Source: Candidatus Fermentibacteraceae bacterium (GTDB taxonomy: Bacteria; Fermentibacterota; Fermentibacteria; Fermentibacterales; JCC-6). Taken from it: 39,949 nt of DNA. Of this stretch, positions 35,253 through 39,949 are shown one piece after another; within the stretch, counting starts at the first letter, position 1; each line of letters opens with the position of its first letter. The notes beneath the pieces were generated by a model. It was not told the origin of the DNA and made no database searches. It saw only the letters and a list, made by a program, of their open reading frames with translations. A program made the translations under genes and the position numbers. The DNA is taken from NCBI GenBank assembly GCA_030596465.1, contig JAUVJW010000002.1, forward strand, positions 1 through 39,949, given 5' to 3'.

Positions 35253-36086
35253 ATGCCTGACCGCAATGTCGGTACAAGGGTAGGGGTTTATGTAGATGTT
35301 TCCAATCTCACCATGAACGGTGGATACGGTATGCGATACGAAGTTCTAAGAGAATTTGCATGCCGAAACGGAGCCCGTCCAGTTCGTCTGAATGCCTATG
35401 TAAGCTTCGATGAAGTTCGCGCAAGAACAGATTTTGACTATCGCGACAAACAGAGAAGGTTCCACAGCGCCCTCCGGGATATGGGTTTCAAGGTTATCCG
35501 TAAAATAGTCAAGTGGTACACCGATGAGACCGGGGCCAGGTTCGGCAAAGCCAATGTGGATCTCGACCTTGCAGTAGACGCGCTTCTTCAATCGGATAAA
35601 CTTGATAAGGTTCTTATCGCCACTGGTGACGGTGATTTTGTCAGAGTAATAAGTACCATACAAAACAAAGGATGCAGGGTAGAAGTTCTTGGCTTTGATA
35701 ATGTATCCCGTGAACTCCGCGATGAGGCCGATCTCTACATTTCAGGTTACCTTGTACCCAATCTCCTTCCATTTAAAGGGCTGGATGACTACTCCAGGTG
35801 GGGCGAAAAAGGTTCCTTCGTCAGAGGTGTCTGCGTGAGCCATGAGAAAGGCTTCGGCTTCTTCAGGTTCATGGATACTTTCAATGGTGAATTATGGCTT
35901 ATTGATAACAGAGATCCAAAGTCGCCTTATGAAAACATCTTCTTCCACGATTCAAACCTTCCAGGCAGTGTGGATTACCACAAGCTGCCAGACAGAGATA
36001 TGATATTTGAATTTGAAATTACAGATGGAACTGACCCTGGAAAAACACAGGCAATCAACATAGGAAGTTTCAGAGCTCTCACTTGA
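35253..36086 (+). CDS. NYN (LabA/PIN-like) nuclease domain fused to C-terminal cold-shock/OB-like domain
   Basis: The ORF track gives 35229..36086 with a GTG start. The ATG at 35253 lies 8 nt after GGAGG. NYN motifs are VGVYVDVSNL, NVDLDLAVDAL and LIATGDGDF. The C-terminus has RGVCVSHEKGFGFFRF...IFFHDSNL...MIFEFEI, which is CSD-like. Confidence 0.7.
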   Translation: MPDRNVGTRVGVYVDVSNLTMNGGYGMRYEVLREFACRNGARPVRLNAYVSFDEVRARTDFDYRDKQRRFHSALRDMGFKVIRKIVKWYTDETGARFGKANVDLDLAVDALLQSDKLDKVLIATGDGDFVRVISTIQNKGCRVEVLGFDNVSRELRDEADLYISGYLVPNLLPFKGLDDYSRWGEKGSFVRGVCVSHEKGFGFFRFMDTFNGELWLIDNRDPKSPYENIFFHDSNLPGSVDYHKLPDRDMIFEFEITDGTDPGKTQAINIGSFRALT

Positions 36087-36106
36087 TTCGAAGAAGCTCT
36101 TCATAA

Positions 36107-37240
36107 TTAGCATTTCTTCAGTGTAACTGTAAAAGTTGATCCAGCATCAGGGGTGCTGTCAACGGTAACTTCTCCACTGTAAAGAGATGCTGTTTTTCTC
36201 ATAATGGAGAGGCCGAGACCACTTCCCAGAATATTTCTTGTTTTGGCGTTCCTGATCCTTACGAACTCACCGAAGAGTTTCTCCACTTCCTCTTCCGACA
36301 TTCCAATTCCTGTATCGGTAACTGCAATTCGAATCTGATCCGGCATATCCAGAACATTTACCGCAACGCTGCCATTGTCTCTGTTGTATTTCACTGCGTT
36401 CGAGATAAGGTTGTTGAATATGATTTCAATTTCCCCGCTGTCAGCGGTAATGACAGCCTTTTCAGAACTGGATTCAAGAGAAATGGTGATGCCCCGTCTG
36501 TCTGCGTCAGGTTTCATCGTTTCCATGCTGTTACGGGCACACTCAAGAACATCAATATCGGAAAGTTCTCTCTTCTTCTGTCCGGATTCAAGTCTCGTTA
36601 GATCAAGCAGGTCATATATGAGTTTCCGCATACCGCCAAGCCGTATAAGGCTTCTTTGCACCACCCTGTCGTGAACATCAGGATCATCCATTCCAATGCC
36701 ATCGCGGAGCAGGTACAAATAGCCTTCAATGGCGCCAAGAGGAGCTTTCAGCTCATGGGCAAGCACACTGATAAACTGAAATCTTACCCTTCTCTTTTCC
36801 CGTTCAAGCTCACGAGCCTGCCTGAGAGCTACCAGATGAGCGGCCGCCTGCCTTACTGATACCTTCAGCTCCGCTGGAGTAAATGGCTTGGGTAAAAAGT
36901 CATAGGCTCCCTGCTTTGTAGCAGCAATTGCCGTCTCTATTGAAGCATATGCGGTTATCATAATCGCCATAAGATCCAGCTCATTTTCATTAATCCAGTG
37001 GAGAACATCTATTCCTGAAATTCCACCCATTTTGTTGTCAAGCAACACAATATCAGGTGAGGATTCCTTCATAAGAAGAATGGCCTCTTCCCCGGAAGCA
37101 GCCTCCGAAACATCCAATTTGACGAGTTCTCCCGTGTCCTTGGTTTCCATCGAGAAATGCCTGAGGGATCGTTTTACCCCCATACGCATCCCTTCCTCGT
37201 CATCAACAATAAGGAGTGAAAGCCGTTTTTCTTCAGCCAT
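36107..37240 (-). CDS. REC-HisKA-HATPase protein (receiver-regulated histidine kinase)
   Basis: The ORF track gives 36107..37255 with a TTG start. The ATG at 37240 (MAEEKRLSLLIVDDEEG) starts 1 nt after the upstream TAA. REC motifs are VLLDNKMGGISG and DFLPKPF. H-box SVLAHELKAPLGAIEG, G2 GSGLGLSI. Confidence 0.85.
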   Translation of the reverse strand: MAEEKRLSLLIVDDEEGMRMGVKRSLRHFSMETKDTGELVKLDVSEAASGEEAILLMKESSPDIVLLDNKMGGISGIDVLHWINENELDLMAIMITAYASIETAIAATKQGAYDFLPKPFTPAELKVSVRQAAAHLVALRQARELEREKRRVRFQFISVLAHELKAPLGAIEGYLYLLRDGIGMDDPDVHDRVVQRSLIRLGGMRKLIYDLLDLTRLESGQKKRELSDIDVLECARNSMETMKPDADRRGITISLESSSEKAVITADSGEIEIIFNNLISNAVKYNRDNGSVAVNVLDMPDQIRIAVTDTGIGMSEEEVEKLFGEFVRIRNAKTRNILGSGLGLSIMRKTASLYSGEVTVDSTPDAGSTFTVTLKKC

Positions 37241-37241
37241 A

Positions 37242-37631
37242 TTACCGGCTCTCAATCTTCTTCAGTTCTTCCTCTATCTGTTCGAACCTTACAGGCTTGG
37301 AAAGAATGGCATCCGCGTTGATCCAGCCGGAGGAATCGTTCCCGCCCGGAAACTCAATACCGGTTTCACCGGTAACATTTGTGACCATGATAACAGTGCA
37401 ATCTGGAAATTTTTTCTTCAGGCGGTATGCAAGCACAAATCCATCATCATCGTTTTCCATCATCAGATCAATAACCGCGATATCCGGTGTGTACGAATCA
37501 AATATCTCCTCGGCTTCCCTTCTTCCAGGAGCTGTTACCACCTCGTATCCCCGGGAAGAAAACATTATTTCAGTTTGCGACAGGAAATCCGGGTCATCGT
37601 CTACAACAAGAACTCTCTTTACATCAGTCAT
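37242..37631 (-). CDS. single-domain response regulator (REC only)
   Basis: 129-aa ORF with motifs VLVVDDDPDF, AVIDLMMENDDDG, IMVTNVTG and ILSKPV. Confidence 0.85.
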   Translation of the reverse strand: MTDVKRVLVVDDDPDFLSQTEIMFSSRGYEVVTAPGRREAEEIFDSYTPDIAVIDLMMENDDDGFVLAYRLKKKFPDCTVIMVTNVTGETGIEFPGGNDSSGWINADAILSKPVRFEQIEEELKKIESR

Positions 37632-37646
37632 CAGGTATCTCCTTTA

Positions 37647-39641
37647 TCAGTTTGCGGGTCCTCTTCTGGGAAGAGTAACCGAAAATGTTGTTCCTGTGGC
37701 TCCCGCTTCGGGATCTGTATTGGAATCAACCGTTATCTGCCCCCGGTGCATCTTCACAATACCATATGTCACGGCCAGACCCAGACCGGTACCTTCTCCC
37801 ATGCTTTTAGTGGTAAAGAAGGGCTCAAATATTTTTTTCAGATTCTCTCTGGGAATCCCGGTTCCTGTATCGCTAACGGATATTGTAACCATATCAGCAT
37901 CTCCGCCGGTCTTCACCGTGAGTATGCCGGAGTTCCCCATAGCCTGAAAAGCATTGGTGGAAAGATTCGTTAAAACTTGTGCTATCTGATCCTCATCCAG
38001 TTCAGCATACGGTTCTATGTCTTCACTGATAAACTGCAGCTGGATACCATCAGGGCGGTTAATCACACCTGTTACCTTGCGAATCAGTTCCGGAACATTT
38101 ACCAGTGTTCGAGTAACCTTGTTCTGTCTCGCGAAGTCAAGAAGACCGGCAACGATCTTCTTGCACCTGTCAGCATGTACTGTAATTGTCTTCAGATCAT
38201 CCCTCAGGTCTTCATTATCAGGATTCTCTTCCAGCAGAGTATGAGCGAACATCAGAACAACACCAAGAGGATTGTTGACCTCATGCGCAATTCCTGCGGC
38301 GAGCTGACCCATATCAGCCATTTTTTCAGCGTGCTTCAGCGCGACCCTGGTACCCGCAAGTTCATCATGAGTCAGGGCCAGTTCTTCAACGGTATTTTTC
38401 AACTGATCAATAGAGTATGGAAGACACATCTCGCTTTCTGCAAGACCTTTGTATATGGCGATTGCGTGTTTTCTGCATGTTTCATAACCGCAGGCGCCAC
38501 AGTTCAATTCATCCTCAATGGTGAACTTGCCCATTCTCTCCATTATCCGGTTGACCTCAATCTCACTGGGTACTTTCAATCTCATATCCGAGGGGGTAAA
38601 TTCCCTTTTAAGGTCTATGTCGGCACATCTCTCAGAAACGATATTCCATGCATTGAAATTAACTTTTTCAAGACTCTCTCTTGCGTATCTGCTTATTTTC
38701 GCCCTGCGCCTGAAGATAGGTGCTTTGCTGGTCATGCCCGGACCCATAATACACCCCTGACAACACAGGACTTCCAGAAGTCGAGCCTCCATATCGCCGG
38801 ATGCAAATTCCATGACCGCCTCAACAAAGTTGTTCTTTCCGTCCGCGGTAACAATTTCTCCTGAAACAAGATCTTCCTGCATGTCCGCGGCCTGAAGCAT
38901 CCCCCGGTTAATGGGAAAAAGGGTTCCCAGCCCGGGAGTGGGCGGATTAAAACCGCTTTCCTCCACTTTCTCTGGATCAATTCCGTTTATCGCCAGCAGA
39001 TTTCTCATCTCAGCAAAAGTGAGTGTTGCCGTGACATCCTCCCCCGTTTCCTCCTCGGCCTCACCCTTCTTCGCTATACACGGCCCGATGAAAACTATCT
39101 CTGTTTCCTGTCCGTACAACTTTTTCACAACTTTGGCTTCAGCAACCATGGGTGAAGCAATAGGGGCGAGATGGGAAACCAGCTCGGGAATGTACTTCTC
39201 AACATAGCTCACCACTGCCGGGCATGAAACTCCAATAAATCTTTTTTCGGGATTGTCACTCAGCAACTTCTTGTAGGCATGAGCAACAAGATCAGCACCA
39301 AAGGCAACCTCACAGACATACCCGAAGCCGGCAGCCCTCAACATACCCACTAATTTCTCCGGGGAAACCTCGACAAACTCCGCCGGGAAACTGGGTGCGA
39401 TAACAGCAGCAATCTTTTTCCCTGAGGCGAGAAGTTCTGTTACCTGTACTATGGATCCCACAGGCCTTTTTGCGCCGCGGGTGCAGACTCGAACACAGTT
39501 CCCGCAACCGATGCAGCGGTCATCAATAACCTCTGCCTGACCGCCGGTGATTCTTATCGCCTTGGCGGGACATTCGCGAACGCAGGTGTAACACATCTTG
39601 CACTTGTCGGGAATTGTCTGTACCAGAGGGGAGTTTCTCAT
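37647..39641 (-). CDS. [FeFe]-hydrogenase-like sensor histidine kinase (2x[4Fe-4S] ferredoxin + H-domain-like + Cx2Cx4Cx16C FeS module + HisKA + HATPase)
   Basis: The ORF track gives 37647..39749. The ATG at 39641 (MRNSPLVQTIPDKCKMCYTCVRECP) starts 1 nt after the hydrogenase stop. Cys motifs are CIGCGNCVRVC, GVSCPAVV, IGPCIAKKGE and LEVLCCQGCIMGPG, plus CGACGYETCRKHAIAIYKGLAESEMC. H-box GIAHEVNNPLG, G2 GTGLGLAV. Confidence 0.75.
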   Translation of the reverse strand: MRNSPLVQTIPDKCKMCYTCVRECPAKAIRITGGQAEVIDDRCIGCGNCVRVCTRGAKRPVGSIVQVTELLASGKKIAAVIAPSFPAEFVEVSPEKLVGMLRAAGFGYVCEVAFGADLVAHAYKKLLSDNPEKRFIGVSCPAVVSYVEKYIPELVSHLAPIASPMVAEAKVVKKLYGQETEIVFIGPCIAKKGEAEEETGEDVTATLTFAEMRNLLAINGIDPEKVEESGFNPPTPGLGTLFPINRGMLQAADMQEDLVSGEIVTADGKNNFVEAVMEFASGDMEARLLEVLCCQGCIMGPGMTSKAPIFRRRAKISRYARESLEKVNFNAWNIVSERCADIDLKREFTPSDMRLKVPSEIEVNRIMERMGKFTIEDELNCGACGYETCRKHAIAIYKGLAESEMCLPYSIDQLKNTVEELALTHDELAGTRVALKHAEKMADMGQLAAGIAHEVNNPLGVVLMFAHTLLEENPDNEDLRDDLKTITVHADRCKKIVAGLLDFARQNKVTRTLVNVPELIRKVTGVINRPDGIQLQFISEDIEPYAELDEDQIAQVLTNLSTNAFQAMGNSGILTVKTGGDADMVTISVSDTGTGIPRENLKKIFEPFFTTKSMGEGTGLGLAVTYGIVKMHRGQITVDSNTDPEAGATGTTFSVTLPRRGPAN

Positions 39642-39642
39642 A

Positions 39643-39949
39643 CTATTTGAGAACCTCCCGGTTTGAGTAGAATGTATGCAGCATCTCGTGCGCAATATGA
39701 CTGCCGGGTTTCTCCAGATGATCATCATAGAGCTTCTGCAGTGAAACATTCGAGTGTGCGGTTCTCACAGATGCTGATGAATCAATATTGTAAAGTGCCA
39801 TCATTCTTGACCGAATTACCTTCGGGTCAGAGGTAAATGGCTGCCCTCCCCCCGCAATACACCCGCCGGGGCAGGTCATAACCTCCACAAAATGGTATGT
39901 CTTCTCACCGGCAAGTATGCTGTCAATCAGCTTTCTTGCGTTACCCAAT
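39643..39949 (-). CDS. [FeFe]-hydrogenase catalytic subunit, C-terminal ~100 aa (5' part outside window)
   Basis: The frame is open to the window edge. H-cluster L3 motif YHFVEVMTCPGGCIAGGGQP is followed by a small-subunit-like tail RSRMMALYNID...LYDDHLEKPGSHIAHEMLHTFY. Confidence 0.8.
   Translation of the reverse strand, partial: LGNARKLIDSILAGEKTYHFVEVMTCPGGCIAGGGQPFTSDPKVIRSRMMALYNIDSSASVRTAHSNVSLQKLYDDHLEKPGSHIAHEMLHTFYSNREVLK

Noticed and set aside
36087-36106. A small hairpin GAAGA-agc-TCTTC between the convergent NYN and REC-kinase genes.
   Set aside because: It has only a 5-bp AT-rich stem, a 3-nt loop and no T-tract. That is too weak to call a terminator.
37032-38864. Very long plus-strand ORFs (313, 243 and 295 aa) opposite the REC-kinase, REC and hydrogenase-like kinase genes.
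   Set aside because: They are antisense to genes with clear domain motifs and run across gene boundaries. They are Ser/Ile/Cys-rich and low in complexity, carry no recognisable motifs and lack convincing RBS sites. I treat them as antisense shadows of the minus-strand frames.
10357-39749. Long N-terminal extensions given by the ORF track: 12000 (membrane protein), 16928 (mutS), 17839 (GT9), 9323 and 10378 (GT4 genes), 19712 (sigma), 24856 (C25), 37255 and 39749 (kinases).
   Set aside because: The extensions overlap the upstream gene by tens of nt and add non-homologous sequence. Internal ATG/GTG starts give canonical N-termini, NTGA overlaps or GGAGG spacing. I kept the internal starts, though none is experimentally confirmed.
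1-39949. I searched for CRISPR arrays, tandem or interspersed repeats, IS elements, integrases and prophage genes. This included the region next to the tRNA-Leu, a common integration site.
   Set aside because: No gap exceeds about 100 nt. I saw no repeated spacer-repeat pattern and no transposase-, integrase- or recombinase-like translation. The tRNA sits in the conserved secG context.

Overview
This 40-kb stretch is almost fully coding and looks chromosomal. I call 35 CDS and 1 tRNA. I saw no rRNA, CRISPR array, transposase, integrase or phage gene, and every intergenic gap is about 100 nt or less. The gene content suggests an anaerobic Gram-negative of an FCB-type lineage that uses Shine-Dalgarno sites (inference): MsbA-like exporter, GT9 heptosyltransferase, a T9SS C-terminal sorting domain and an [FeFe]-hydrogenase.

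Layout (minus strand unless noted):
(a) 39949-36107: 3' end of an [FeFe]-hydrogenase, then a hydrogenase-domain histidine kinase, a lone REC and a REC-kinase.
(b) 36086-34252: NYN+cold-shock-like protein (+), AmpD-like amidase, secG, tRNA-Leu.
(c) 34213-31488: thioredoxin-fold protein without CXXC (+), TPR lipoprotein, MBL hydrolase.
(d) 31437-24951: response regulator, then a PAS-rich HK-REC-REC-Hpt hybrid kinase, then a REC-GspE/PilB-type ATPase-REC fusion.
(e) 24814-19781: C25 (gingipain-like) T9SS cargo plus a lipoprotein, convergent with ECF sigma / anti-sigma / PDZ protein (+).
(f) 19682-14319: msbA-like, GT9, mutS.
(g) 13725-1: one 12-gene string joined by start/stop overlaps. It holds nine glycosyltransferase or membrane proteins (two GT-C-like), a sensor kinase, a sigma-54 activator and queC.

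Best candidates for something new:
- the hydrogenase-domain kinase phosphorelay;
- the orphan secretion-type ATPase flanked by two receiver domains and fed by an Hpt hybrid kinase;
- the transporter-less glycosylation operon with GT-C enzymes;
- a shared GGAACA-N16-GT motif linking the ECF sigma gene to the T9SS protease;
- a secG-linked tRNA-Leu that reads as anticodon AAG.

All domain calls are by-eye motif recognition from the translations. No search or computation was run.
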